A DNA stretch of 64,000 bases from positions 1,054,001 to 1,118,000 of the forward strand of contig CM082598.2 of NCBI GenBank assembly GCA_040954595.2. The letters run 5' to 3'. The notes beneath the pieces were generated by a model. The model searched no databases. It was given only the letters and a program-made list of their open reading frames with translations, and was not told the origin of the DNA. Source of the DNA: Balanoglossus misakiensis. Lineage: Eukaryota; Animalia; Hemichordata. The translations under genes were made by a program, and so were the position numbers. Below are positions 13,769-26,102 of this stretch, piece after piece (positions within the stretch are counted from its first letter, which is position 1; the number at the start of each line of letters is the position of its first letter).

Positions 13769-15666
13769 GCAGAAAGAGATGCAACTTGTAAGACATATGG
13801 ATTCTTACAAGAGAGATTTAAAAGTACCATACGTTGCTATTTTCAGTTATTTAAATATACACTGAGAATGTCATAAATTTATCGAACGACACAAACTGTT
13901 TGACAGTAATCATCCAGTTGGTTTCCATTGAAGGGAGGTTCCCAATCATTTGTAAAACAAAAAGGCAGTTCAAATGTTAACATTTCCAGTTGTAATCATG
14001 TTGCCATGTGGAATAAAATTGACATTTACAGTCTACAATATTCATCTTTGTTGTTATTGTTGAATTCTGCCGCCAGATCTCAATTTGCCATGGTAACTGT
14101 AGTTATATTTGCATAGATGACCATATACCTTTAAGGGGCGGCCTCCTAAAATAAATGTTATGGCCACCTCCTTACAATTCTCACTAAAATCTCATCGCGT
14201 GGCAGCTTCAAGTTCAAGTCTGACTGAATTCTTTTTGAACAAGATACTTGTTGTTCAACATCCTTTAAAGGAACACAATCATTGCATAGCCGTTTTGTAA
14301 TGACCATGTGAGTGGTGGCGCACTCCTTTGTATGGCCACCCAAGTGAAAATCTGTGATTGGCTAGATCTCATCTTTTCATGATACCTTAATCTATACATC
14401 TACAATTTTTTATAGGCTCAGTATATCTTATATTGAATCATTACAAAATTTCTTTACCCTAAGTCTGAATTTAGTCTGCACATAACTAACGCAAGTTTAT
14501 CATAAGTAGTAGATGCACATATTGAACGACAGGCCACTATAAAGTAAGGTTTTTAAAATACGGGTTTATTTAATTCACATTTACCTTTTATTCGACATAG
14601 AATTCACACTACTTATTGCACATACATTTAAAATAAGATTCCCTCGTCGTAAAACACATTAACTTCACAGCACAAGTTCTTAACGACCAGAAATTTCTCT
14701 GAAACAGTGGTACATATATTTGGGTGCTGACCAAAATTCAAATTCTGGAGAGCACTGCATTCACCAGTTTTTCAGGTGACCTTGGCAATCTAGGCACAAC
14801 AGAACAAGGTTTGCAGAAGACAACATCAAGTTTACTATTAAAGTATTTCTTGTCCATATGTACTTCGAAATGAAGAGAGCACCTGATTTACAAGAACATA
14901 AGAAAAATAAAATCATTATAAAATTTCTCAGATCCGCCAATCAATGTTTTATGGAACCATAACTCAAACTGTTGATCCTAGGTATTTGAAGAACATAAAT
15001 ACTGCGATGCCTTGACAAAATTATCACTTTTTTTGGAATTGTAAATGACTACTTTTATCCCCAATGTTTGCATTTAAGTACAGATGCTTTTGTTTTTTTT
15101 TTGCATTATGAAGTGGCAAGATTAAGTTGTATAATAGCGTTACTATAGCAACCTTTTGAGTGTATAAACCCACACAACGGTCTGGAAATTTTCTACTTTT
15201 ACGTAAAAAAAACAACAACTGGCCATACTTAGTCTTGTGTGGTTCACCCCTTTGATTCACTTCAAATTTTAGCAGAGTTTGGGAAAATTTGGCAAAACTG
15301 GGAAAGGGCAGGAACCACACTGAGCTCCAAGGATAAGATGTAGACAAAAGCTATGAAACTCTTACACTAACAGAAACATAAACAACATTGGTGCAAAGAA
15401 AAATAAAGATATGATTTTGACTTTGTTTCATCAAACCTAAATCTTCTACAACAGAAAAGTTGATAAATCAATCCTAAAAACTAATCCAAGGCTGATAAAA
15501 TGGAAGTTAAGCTCTTTAAAATGATAAAATCTAAATTCAGATTTAAAAGACTGGTACAATTCAAATAAATATAAAGTAGAATTCTGGTACTGTATAATGA
15601 GCGCCCGGGACAGAAAAACACGAGAAATCACACCACTAACAGAATTAGCCACATGATTTTGTAATA

Positions 15667-15759
15667 TAACCCTTTCACAAACATGGTTTAATCCAAATCC
15701 ATTGTTTTCTATGGTAAAGTTGGACCTCAACAAAGGACAATGGGGGTGAGAGGAACTAG
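15667..15759 (+). mobile_element. Degenerate ~90-bp TTAA/CCCTT (piggyBac-type) MITE copy
   Basis: TAACCCTTTCAC...ATGGTTT...CCAAATCCATTGTTTTCTATGGTAAAGTTGGACCTC...GGGGTGAGAGG aligns with the intact copy at 47564-47654. Confidence 0.6.
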
Positions 15760-18700
15760 AGAAGCCTAGCATGCTTGGATGTGTAATCACGGATCTTAGC
15801 GTAAAGTTGTTCTCTAAGATGTTTAATGAACATCAATTCCGGCATCGTCATGTATTTACACATAGGATCCTTGTCCATTCCTGGTTTCAATTGGAAGTCC
15901 TCTACATTCAGTCCCGGAGGCTTATAAACCCTGTTACTCACCTCCGTCATCGAGGCAACACATTTATCCTTAAGTTCTTTTATCCTTTTCTGAAGCTTAC
16001 TTACTTCTTCCCCCATTCTCTTGATTCCGAACTCTTTCACTCTTTTGTGATGAGTTTCATTAAAATAATTATAAAATTTCACATCTCCAGCATTGAAAGC
16101 TTTAATTTTTGCAGCCATATCGGGAGTTACCTGTTTTACCGAAGAAGAGCTTCTCGCGTTTAATTTGAAATATACAATGTCATCTAAATCCCAGCACATC
16201 AGTTCTTTCAATAATATAAGAGATTCATCAAAATACTCAGAGATGAGTACTAGCTTGAAAATTTTTGACAGATCTTTGATTTTATTGTCAATTTTGTTCA
16301 TGTTGTACATATCAGTCACGTCTAACCCCAGATCGAACAGCATGGGATTCTTGACGCGGGCTTTGTTTGTGCTTGATTTGAAATAATCATCAGGGTGTTC
16401 CAGAAAATCCCGCAAAGCATTAGCCCCTTTAAGTCCATAACGTGGTCCCAGGCGGAAATAGGTAAACGTGGATTCATACATTTTCACTGGGTCTCTCACA
16501 ACTGTGATAAAAACTGTCTCAGCAGGCATCATTGAACTTATACCTGATATAAAACGAAAACAAAAAGAAAAGAAAAAAAATTACTTGGGGTTTAACAAAA
16601 CAAACATAAAAAAAATAAACAATAAATTACTTTTAAGTGTTTATTAAAATACCTGAGTTAAGAAAATAAATAATAAAATTACTTTTAAGTGTTTATTAAA
16701 ATACCTGAGTTAAGAAAATAAATAATAAAATTACTGGGAGGCTTACTAAAATACCCGAGTTAAATGAACAATAAGATTACTTTTAGGTAGGCTATTTTTT
16801 CACTACTTTTATCCCGAGGCAGGATTAAATTAAGCTAATCATTAACCCAAGTTCACAACCGGTTTAATCCTTTATCATGTGTAAATTGTTAGCTATGTCT
16901 TGCATTACATCATCGCGTACTGTCACAAGAAGATTTCATTTATTAATATTGAATGCTTTGGTAGCAAATTAAAGAAAACTTAAAGTGAATTGTCATGTTT
17001 TTCCTATTAATATTAAATGTGCACGCTTTAATATTTACTTATTAACATTGAGTATTTGATTAAAGGTATACCAGTCGAGATCTAGCCACTTACAGATTTC
17101 CCCTTGGGTGGCCAAGTAAAAATAAGTGAGCCACCTCATGGTCATAAGTCATTAGTGGTGACTGCATGCCTCACACCTAGACTCTCTCACAGCCCATGGT
17201 TTGCTACAACACTTCACTGATGCACCCTCAACCGTTTGGCAAGGGAGAAGCATCGTTTGGTGTTGTGTAGCGAACCTCTCGCCGGGCACACATGCAATCA
17301 GGCCATAAGTCTGCATGGACGACGAGAGGGGTTGTGAGAGAGTCTAGCCTCGCCCCGGGAGTGCGAGAATTCACAATCATTGATACATGTTATATAGCGG
17401 TTCCAAAGTTTTTTCAGTGGACACGTGGTACTTGTATTTATATATACCTGTACACACGCATCATATACACACACAGACACTGACTGATCCCATAAGCTCC
17501 GACTGGTATTTATACACCTTTTTCATAAAGAGGGTGCCCTTCCAAAACATGGCATTCTCTCCAAGCAGATGATGCGAAAACAAGACCACTAGCCACAGAG
17601 TACTGCTATAGCTCGTCTGGTTTGTTCTATATATGGTACAATTTGCGTCGAAAGTCTTTCCCAACTATAGCGACGATACACAAGACGATAACGGCTTAAC
17701 GCTTTCACTCTGTGGCTAACTGGCCTCATTTTCGCGTCACCTTGGAAGGGCGCACTCTTTACGAAAAAGGCGTACACAATCACCAAATGGAAATTAAAAA
17801 CAGTTCTTACCTTTATAGCTGAATCTTGAATGAAAAGTATAAATGTTGTACACATTCCAAGGAACTTGTATTGCATATTTCTTCTGGAAGGGGGCAGGAT
17901 ATCCGAGATAATTACCACTTGGCGGCATAACGAAAGTCAAATCATATTTCTCTCCGTAACGGAATAAAATGTTCTGTACTGTACTGCTACTGCATTTGTG
18001 CATTTTTAACAAGGCTATGTTGTCTCTATGGTGACATGTCTGTTCCTGGTGTTGTGTCACAGGCTTGTCTGTCTGTGGTTCTGGCTCAATCTGTTTTTCA
18101 TCATCACTTTCATTTGGTTTTGATGTGGAACTTTGACCTTGGCTTATTTGTTGGTTTTCTCCATCGTTTGTTTGTTGACTTTCTCTAGTATTTGTTTGTC
18201 CGTTTTCTCCAGTGTTGGGTAGTTGATCTTGACCCTGTGCTGTGTCTGAATCTGCTACACCTTGACCTTGATTTGTTTGTTGCTTTTGGTCTGCTTCATG
18301 CTCTTCTCCATCACTTTGTTTTTCCTCTTCATCTTGTTGATTTTCTGTCTCCCTCTCGTTTACTGATTCCCCATCTGCGCTGTCTGCTTCTTTATTTGGT
18401 ACTGCGCTCTCTTTGAAAAGATTCTCCACAATATCGGCATGTTCTTGCTCTGTAATTGTCTCATTTTGTTTCTGAAAGTTTAAAATACAAGTATGTTTAT
18501 TATAAAAACAAATGATAGACACACAACAAATATATCCCAAAGATCAAAATATAACTTTTTTATCTTAATATGAAATTACATGTGGTCATGTCTATTATCA
18601 ACAAAAGTTGAACAAGTCAAAGATGACTATGATGCAGCTCACCATGTGAATATAATCTATATCTGCCCTCAGGGCAACAGTGTATTATATCTGCCCTGGT

Positions 18701-19605
18701 GGCAGATCAGACATTTTGTCCATTTTCATCATTGTTATGTAAAGAAAAGTACTTACATGAATTAAAAATGCTGTGGCGTTGACTGAATCAAAGTGCTCTT
18801 TCTGTTTCTTTGTAAACTTGTGAACCAATGATGAAATGTTCCTGAGGGGAGAAAAAAAACAATGTTGATTCAACCTTTGTAGCGTTTCAATGCAATATTA
18901 TGGTCAGAGAGCACCAGCCCAAGGGCAGGCTACAAATTGTGATGTTGCCCACACATCATGTGTTTAAGCTATAAAACCCAACATAGGGTGGTTATACCAC
19001 AAGATACAGCACAACTCACAACATATATGTACGAGCCGCCAGCGAGAGCATATATAGAGTTAATTGTGCTATATCGAGTAGTGGGAGTTTATTCTATTAT
19101 ATCAACTTTGTTTTATTACTCTTTAGACATTAAAATTAAAGGGACAAAGTCTCTCTCTCATTGCCCTTTTCCATTAATTATGTTTGATACAAGACACCAT
19201 TTAGACACAAGAGTGAAAAACTCGCCAAAATGAATAATAGGTGTTTACCATTTATTCATTTTGGCAAGTTTTTTTCACTCTTGTGTCTACAAGCGGGATG
19301 GATGTTGTGCGTGGTCGAACGTTGATTCACTATATATCCACATGTAGAATAACATAAATGGTGTCTTGTATCAAACATAATTAATGGAAAAAGGGCAGTG
19401 AGAGAGGGACTTTGTCCCTTTAAAAGAACAACAGATCTGCTTACCCTGGTAAGTGGATTTGATGCCGATACTGATCCAGCATAGTGCTGCTCGATGAGAA
19501 AAGCACCATGACAACCACTGCAGTCACAATCAAAGCAAGCACCATGAGCTGCCTTCTGCCGCATGTCGCCACCTGGGTAGCTGCCTGAACTGGTGACGAA
19601 GCCAT
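15756..19605 (-). CDS. Galactose-3-O-sulfotransferase (GAL3ST family), type II Golgi membrane protein, ~564 aa
   Basis: Exons 19445-19605, 18757-18841, 17811-18471, 15756-16543, phases consistent. N-terminal TM (LMVLALIVTAVVVMVLF), 5'-PSB motif LKMHKCSSSTVQNILFRYG, 3'-PB motif ITVVRDPVKMYES, plus SEYFDESLILLKELMCW. The start could extend upstream if a 5' exon (~20527-20600) is coding. Confidence 0.93.
16620..16785. repeat. Intronic tandem repeat, ~51-bp unit, ~3 copies
   Basis: AATTACTTTTAAGTGTTTATTAAAATACCTGAGTTAAGAAAATAAATAATA occurs twice exactly, followed by a degenerate third copy. Confidence 0.85.
18965..19101. mobile_element. Degenerate copy of the hairpin (Crypton-like) element seen at 52172
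   Basis: TAAGCTATAAAAC...TATACCACAAGAT...CACAACATATATGTACGAGC...AGCGAGAGCATATATAGAGTT...ATCGAGT...TTTATTCTATTATA aligns with 52170-52320. Confidence 0.55.
19140..19419. mobile_element. MITE with long TIRs and TTAA target duplication (Kolobok/T2-like TTAA-AGG termini)
   Basis: TTAA|AGGGACAAAGTCTCTCTCTCATTGCCCTTTTCCATTAATTATGTTTGATACAAGACACCATTT at the left, its reverse complement ending GTCCCT|TTAA at the right. A second inner inverted repeat lies at 19202-19288. Confidence 0.85.
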
Positions 19606-19688
19606 TGAGATCACTCGGACGATTTTCCGTTTAGTAATTATTGCACATGTCTCCTGTAAATAAAAAAAAATAAAGAAATAAGTCATAC

Positions 19689-19795
19689 TGCAGTGAAACC
19701 TGTCTAAACCGAACCCTGTCTATACCAAACACCTTTTCTAGTCCCTTCCACATATGGAATCACTAAAGAACCTCTATAAACCAGACACCTGTGCA
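19689..19795. mobile_element. Tc1/mariner (pogo/Tigger-like) terminal fragment
   Basis: CAGTGAAACCTGTCTAAACCG resembles a Tigger-type TIR. A similar reverse end (GACAGGTTTGACTGTA) occurs at ~29884-29899. Confidence 0.4.
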
Positions 19796-21731
19796 AACAA
19801 AAAAATTTCCTGTCAGGAAAATTTCCTGTGTGAACTAAGCATTAATCAAGGCATACCTGTACTTATCTACAGAATCAAATGTACATATTGACAATTGTAC
19901 CTGGTCTGGGTCAGGGATTTTTTTCACAGGAGGATTCTGATAAGTCAGTCATTTGACTTTTAAAACCAACAAAAATTTAGTTCTTCACATATTATATTTT
20001 AAGGCTATGTTCATTGGGTACTATGGTGCAACTCAAGAAATTATTTATTCAAAATATACATGTCTTATTTGCATACTAGCGTGACCGAACTAAAACCACA
20101 CGAATAATGTAAAAAGTTACCACTATAGAACTATTATTAAGGGCTTAGTAATGACGGCTGAAGAATTATACTCAAGAATATGCTTGCTTGAGTGTAGGTT
20201 TGATCAAAAGTTGGACGTGCGTGTAGTAATGGGTGAAATTAGAGTACATGTATGTTCTACCTGCAAATGAAACGTGCAAGGATTGAGGGGGGCGTGGCCC
20301 TTCACACTTCATGGGGAGCGAGCGAACGCCCCCCCCCCCGCTACAATCATTGCAGTCGCTAGTATTTCTTTCCGACTATAAGGAAAACATTCCCATGAAA
20401 ATTAAAGCCATTTACATCATTGCTGAGTCACCGACGACGCTAAAACAACAGACCCTGTCGTTCAATGTGTCTAAAAATGTCGGACACTGCAGACGAGAGA
20501 TGTCTTGACCGAGGTCATAAACTTACCGTCTTAAAAAGCTTTATAGAGAGTCAATTTTACGAACCGATGAACACGAATGTAGTATATCTTTGCCACTTAC
20601 CTATAATTCAATTACTCCCCACGGGGGGCGGGTACAATGTTAAAAAAAAGGTAAACATTTGTAGTCGCCCTCACACTCCCTTCGTTTTACACTTGGCCAT
20701 GATGTATACGTGACAACGAGGCTAGACGGCCACACTAAGTAAATATTATGTTTACGACCAGTTAAGTATAGCACGTGCAGTTGTACTACTACTAGAAACA
20801 TAAATATTGACGTATACTGCATTTCTAAGAAATTATAAATGTATCAATAATATTTTAAATTACTTTTATAGTAGACAACCCCCATTACAACAATTTCAGA
20901 AGAAAATGCTAGAAAATAACAGTAATGCGTCGCGTTATCGTGCGCCATTTCCGTAGTCTTGGTTACAACGACTTCCGCTGGGCCCAACCAGACCGGCCAT
21001 CCATAAAACAAGCGAATAAAGAGATCATGATTTTAATTACTAGTAGTAAAGGATGACATAAAAATTCCATTTTGGCGGAGATCGTACAAAATAACAATCA
21101 GTCCAACGTGACATATGTTCGTTCCTTATCATGCATGTCTGTTAACAGAAGTTTCCGGAGATTTTCGTATGGTTAGTCGTGTGGTACGACGATAAAATAT
21201 TAACTAAACATACTGACGTTGCGTGACAAGCTAGCGATAACATTCGATGCAGTCTCTTTGAATTTACAGAACCAATGGCAAAAATTCGTCAACATCGCAG
21301 TCAATAATTAGCATACCTCCCCGACTGAGTCTACTAAATGTCTCACAACACACTTCTGTCAGTGTAAAATCAATATCTGTATAACTGCTCATCAATAACT
21401 GAAGTAATTAAAAAATATATCGATAATTATAAAAGTACTTCAATGATGGGGGAAAAGTCCATCTACAGAATTAATGTAATGGGGAAAATAGCTCAAATCT
21501 ACAGCTGGTGGATGTTCATCATTTTGACATCCAATCCGACAGGTAAATTTGCTACTTAAAAAATAAGAATATACTAATGCGCTGCCTGGCCCTCTGTCAA
21601 TAATTAAAGGACCAATTCGCGTTTGTAAACACTGGTTACAGAGATTTTACTGTATGAGTAAGCAGAGTGTGTTTCGTCTTTATATTAGGGCTGCACACCT
21701 TGGTCATACTCCCAATACAGTGCAATGCAAT

Positions 21732-21790
21732 GCAGTACAGTACAGTACAGTACAGTACAGTACAGTACAGTACAGTACAGTACAGTACAG
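21732..21790. repeat. (CAGTA)n microsatellite
   Basis: About 11 perfect pentamer units. Confidence 0.95.
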
Positions 21791-22913
21791 CACATCACAA
21801 CACAATTTATTCAGTATTTGCAAAGTGTTCATATAAAATCCAGAAATGTCTATACGAATCAACATGGTATTGTAAACATTACTACTAGTTTATACCAACA
21901 CAGACGTTCACCCGATATCATGAATGTGAGTTGGCCGTCATCTTTGAGTGTCACAGTTACGACCCCAGGGTTACGACCCTACAATGTACACTTAAATGTT
22001 TCTATTACGATTCCTATTTGAAGTAGAACCACTTGTGGCATATATACATATGCTGGGTCAGTTCATTTGAAGGTGGCCACTTAGCATCGATATCCTAGCA
22101 CCTATACCACTTCCCAGTGTAAGAAAAATGTGTTAGAAGTGGGTGTGAGTTTGCATCTATACTTACAAGTCCAGCTGCTAACATCTTCATCGTTTCCCGG
22201 CCTCCCAGTCTTCGTGTTAAGGTAGTTAAATTCCAAATACATGTACGCGTAAGTGCACGTATGGTTCGCGAATCGTGCGCAGACCAATCGGGGGTTTCTC
22301 AGACAGATGTTGTCTGCCACTCACATTTGATATCAGCTTCTAGTACCACGTTCCTGTCGGGATACCCGTTGTTGTCACATATTCAACTGTGGTTCTGCTA
22401 TTATCAAACACAAGTTAATGATTCTGCACAACTCCAGTGCTATCGTAAGTATAGATAACATGGTGACCCATTTCAATCGTCTGTACTTCTCCCAACTCAC
22501 ACCGACCGACACTGTTTGCCAAAGAGACCGACGGTCAAAGTCCAGATACTAAATGTATAGTACCTTTATACATCACATTTTAAAAATGTAGGCTGTTTTC
22601 TATGAGGCCTATGCCATGAAATTCTAAGTTTCGCGTTCCTTTAGATTCTTTCCAAAGTAAGCAGGTACAAAGAGAGTCATTCTCGAAAGAAGTTTAATTT
22701 TAAAGACATGTTGGCAAGTTGCTTGCCTCGCGACACTTTTGGTTATTAGTTTGTAAACTTCACGAGGCCGTGTTTATCTTCACTTGGTCTTTGATATTCT
22801 AGTTTTGCTGTCCAAACGAAGGTCAAAAGAGAGCCTATCTGAACTTATATGAGCAACCGGGTCAGGGATTGATACGTATGCTGCATGGACGCTTCCAGTG
22901 ACACACAGGAACC

Positions 22914-23082
22914 AATCTGATTAAAATCAACTGCAGAGAGATAGACGACGTCGATTGGTCTCTGCTGCTCGCATTCAACAGGTGGCCCATACACAGGAGT
23001 GACCGTTGATGGCAGAATGCAACAGAATGGCCCAGCAAAGGATTACCGATATCTCTCTGCGTTGAGCTGACTTTTATCAGAT
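22914..23082. mobile_element. Degenerate inverted-repeat (MITE-like) element
   Basis: AATCTGATTAAAATCAACTGCAGAGAGATA pairs with TATCTCTCTGCGTTGAGCTGACTTTTATCAGATT. Confidence 0.5.
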
Positions 23083-25208
23083 TGCACAGGGGTATATATG
23101 AATCCAGGAATACTGACAGCGTCTGCTATTTTGCGTATTTTGATTGAGAAAAAACAAACAAGCATAAATACGGCGTAGGCATCGCTCTCGCGATCGCAAT
23201 ATCTCACAACTCGACCGAATATGATAATATAATCACTGTTGCTTCAAGGGGACCACTCTGATCGTCAATAGACAATATCTTTATCAGTATAACGCTTGGC
23301 TAGATAGATGTATTATATTTGTCCAAAAGAATGATTCCTAAGGGGGGTATTTTAATGATAGAGAACATCATTATTGTATCTAATTTTAGAAATATCTTTG
23401 GGATCATATTTCACCATGGCTTACGTGACGAAGCGAATGTTGAAAAATGACAATAAAACCGCACGGGGTGTCACGTGGTCAGTCTATTGTGACTCGACAG
23501 AAGCAGACTGAATTTGTGCGTCATTAAAATCTATATACATCTGCTAACAAATACGATCCGACATCATTAATGATTCGCTGGAACAAATCGACTCAATGTG
23601 TAAGGAAGGAAACCCGTTGAAGCAATGACTACCCCCCTCGCAATGAAACGACAATCTTACGTAACCAGAGAGTACACTAATAATAATATTATATCCGTCG
23701 TTTTCTGAGAGCATGCGCGCACGAACATCCGTCGAATCTGGAAAACACTGAGACGAGGAGCTTGGATGACAAGGTAGGTAAACATTCATCTTGGCCTTAG
23801 AATCGAATTGAAAATATAAGCCTGTTGTTCAGTATGATTTGACTGAAAGTCATGTTTGTTATGCGAGGAAAATTTGCTGATGATGTAACCGAGATTCACT
23901 AAGCAAGGCTTTTGTTCCTCATGATAAAATGCAAAATACAACAACAGTATATCTGAAATACCAGTACATCAATGCATAAATCCAAATACAGATAATTGCT
24001 TTTGCTATCTCAATTTTCCTGTTTGCTTGTCTGTCTCTCTGCGTCTCCATTCTTTCATTAAAGGTCCATACGTGATGATGTGGGCATTTCTAATTTAAGA
24101 TAAAAACAACAGACGCACACGGAACCGATGGTTGGGAATCAAAAGATCAGCTGTGAATAACATACGCCCCTAAAAATATTTCTCTTGGAAATGGCATTCA
24201 TTCGTTGAATGGCGAAGTCCAATTCTCGCACCACATATTGCCATAAAGTTGAAATCAATTTATAAACCTGAGAACATATTGCAACCATATGCGCCAAAGA
24301 GAACCGATTGGCAGGTAACTTTCACCGGTTGTATGTCGTGGACGAGTTCCTGGAAAATATGCAGGATTAAGTTCTTTGTGTGACCGTAGAGCAATCTGAA
24401 TGACCTAAATCATTGGAGAGACTGCGACAAAATGGGAAATTCACAACCAGTGCGTCTGTAGTAGTAGAAATGTACGCAAAAGTGAAACTGACAACAGATC
24501 GATTTTACGCGTATTTTGAACCAATTCGTGTTATTTCATAAGAAGGCCTGCATTTAACAATAACTTTGTCTTTTTTCTGCCTGGTGTATATTTTTCCAGT
24601 CTTGGTGTCGTGGTCTGTTTAAGGAGAAACACTTCGTTGCTTCAAGTTGGAATTTGAGTTCGTTGACACGAAATTGGATCGCGTCAGTTTCCACAACACC
24701 TTCAGCGATTGGACGATTTTTTTATGTTTTTGAACATTACTGAGGCTAGAAACCAATCAGATAGTAATATTTATATTCAGTTGAGGTGGCACTACTTGCT
24801 ATCGACTCATAATTCACAATCGCGTCGATACGACCATGCATAATCATTTACTTTGTGAAAAACAAGGTAATTTAAAGTGTAATGTTGAACTTTGACCGTT
24901 TAGGCGTGAGTTCTGACGTTTCAGATACGAGAGGGACACTTCTAACTCCTTTGTCATTTATTATTTATAGATCATCGGTTTCGTCTGGTATCTCTGGCAT
25001 GTTGGTGGTTGTTAAAAATAGCAGGCAAGCTAAAGGTACCCGGGCCAGGTTGTTACGTGACGGACCAGTGCGTGTTCTTTTTTTTTTTGCAAGTATCAAT
25101 CGCAGAGGTATTGTTGTTCGTACACACACAAGATGCGTCCACAATGGAATACGGTGGACCCCTTTGCGATCATGAGAAGAGAATGGCTGTCTCTATGAAT
25201 AGGGCACA

Positions 25209-26102
25209 ATGACAGACGCTCAGTCATCGGCGTCCAGCTCATCGACTGACGATCTCAACTGTATGTTAACTATCTTGAAAGAAGACTTTCCTAACAGCCT
25301 TCCAGCGTACCACTGCCTCCAGAACGTTTTGAACGGAGCCTGGGGAAATATCTCCGACGTGAAAACCGACGTGTCGACATCTGTACAAAATCTGGTTATA
25401 ATGTGTCATATACCCTCGCTTGTACCTACACTTCCCGGTCAACATGAAACACACTTATACTCAAACACCGTGGATCCTGACGTCATACGGACATTTCTCC
25501 GTCAACCTGGCTACATCGACTGGCAAGCTCCGTCGCACTGTTTTTTGTTAACGTTTTCAAATCGGAAACAGGATTTTCTGCCCGGGATTCTCATCGAGTG
25601 TGTGACTTTAAGGGGGTACCAACTACAACAAGAAGGGCGTTGTCGATTGTGCGTGTACTCGCAGACCAATTTGACAAAAACGCCCAAGTCTAAAGTACCA
25701 AAGGGACTGAAAATTGGTCAGTTAAGACCGGACCATGTGGAATTTGTAACAGGTGGTTGGAAATTCAGCACGCCGTTTACAGTATCAACATTAAGGCGGA
25801 ACATCGAAGTATTTCCGTCTGCCGCCATCTTTAATGAGGTCACGGGACAACCCGTGTCATGGGCTATGGTTAAAGCTTACGGGGGAATCGGTCTGGAACA
25901 CACTTTGCCGGAATATAAAAAGAAAAGGATTGAGAAGATTGTTTTGCGTGAACTTATCGACCAGATAGTAAGGAACAACGACACGCCGTTTGTTCTTATC
26001 GAAGACGGAAACGAACCATCGTTTAAAGCGTACAAAAAGCTTGGTTTTGCTGATGAACCAAACTGCACGTTCATGTGGCTAAAGTTTATCAAAACGACGT
26101 GA
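25209..26102 (+). CDS. Glycine N-acyltransferase-like GNAT protein (GLYAT/GLYATL, FR47-like C-terminus), single exon, 297 aa
   Basis: Uninterrupted ORF. N-terminal LKEDFPNSLPAY; C-terminal GQPVSW...YGGIGLEHTLPEY...PFVLIEDGNEPSFKAYKKLGF is the typical GNAT motif A/B region of GLYAT-like proteins. Confidence 0.85.
   Translation: MTDAQSSASSSSTDDLNCMLTILKEDFPNSLPAYHCLQNVLNGAWGNISDVKTDVSTSVQNLVIMCHIPSLVPTLPGQHETHLYSNTVDPDVIRTFLRQPGYIDWQAPSHCFLLTFSNRKQDFLPGILIECVTLRGYQLQQEGRCRLCVYSQTNLTKTPKSKVPKGLKIGQLRPDHVEFVTGGWKFSTPFTVSTLRRNIEVFPSAAIFNEVTGQPVSWAMVKAYGGIGLEHTLPEYKKKRIEKIVLRELIDQIVRNNDTPFVLIEDGNEPSFKAYKKLGFADEPNCTFMWLKFIKTT

Noticed and set aside
1112-13820. Inverted duplication as an assembly artefact
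   Set aside because: The arms differ by substitutions and ~80-100-bp indels, and each copy has its own diverged but complete promoter and 5' exons. Long reads would settle it.
21654-22021. ORFs with VQYST repeats
   Set aside because: Translations of the (CAGTA)n microsatellite.
21870-22550. Minus-strand exon-like, protein-looking fragments
   Set aside because: I could not build a phase-consistent, stop-free chain or recognise a family. It may be a decayed pseudogene or TE but is unsupported.
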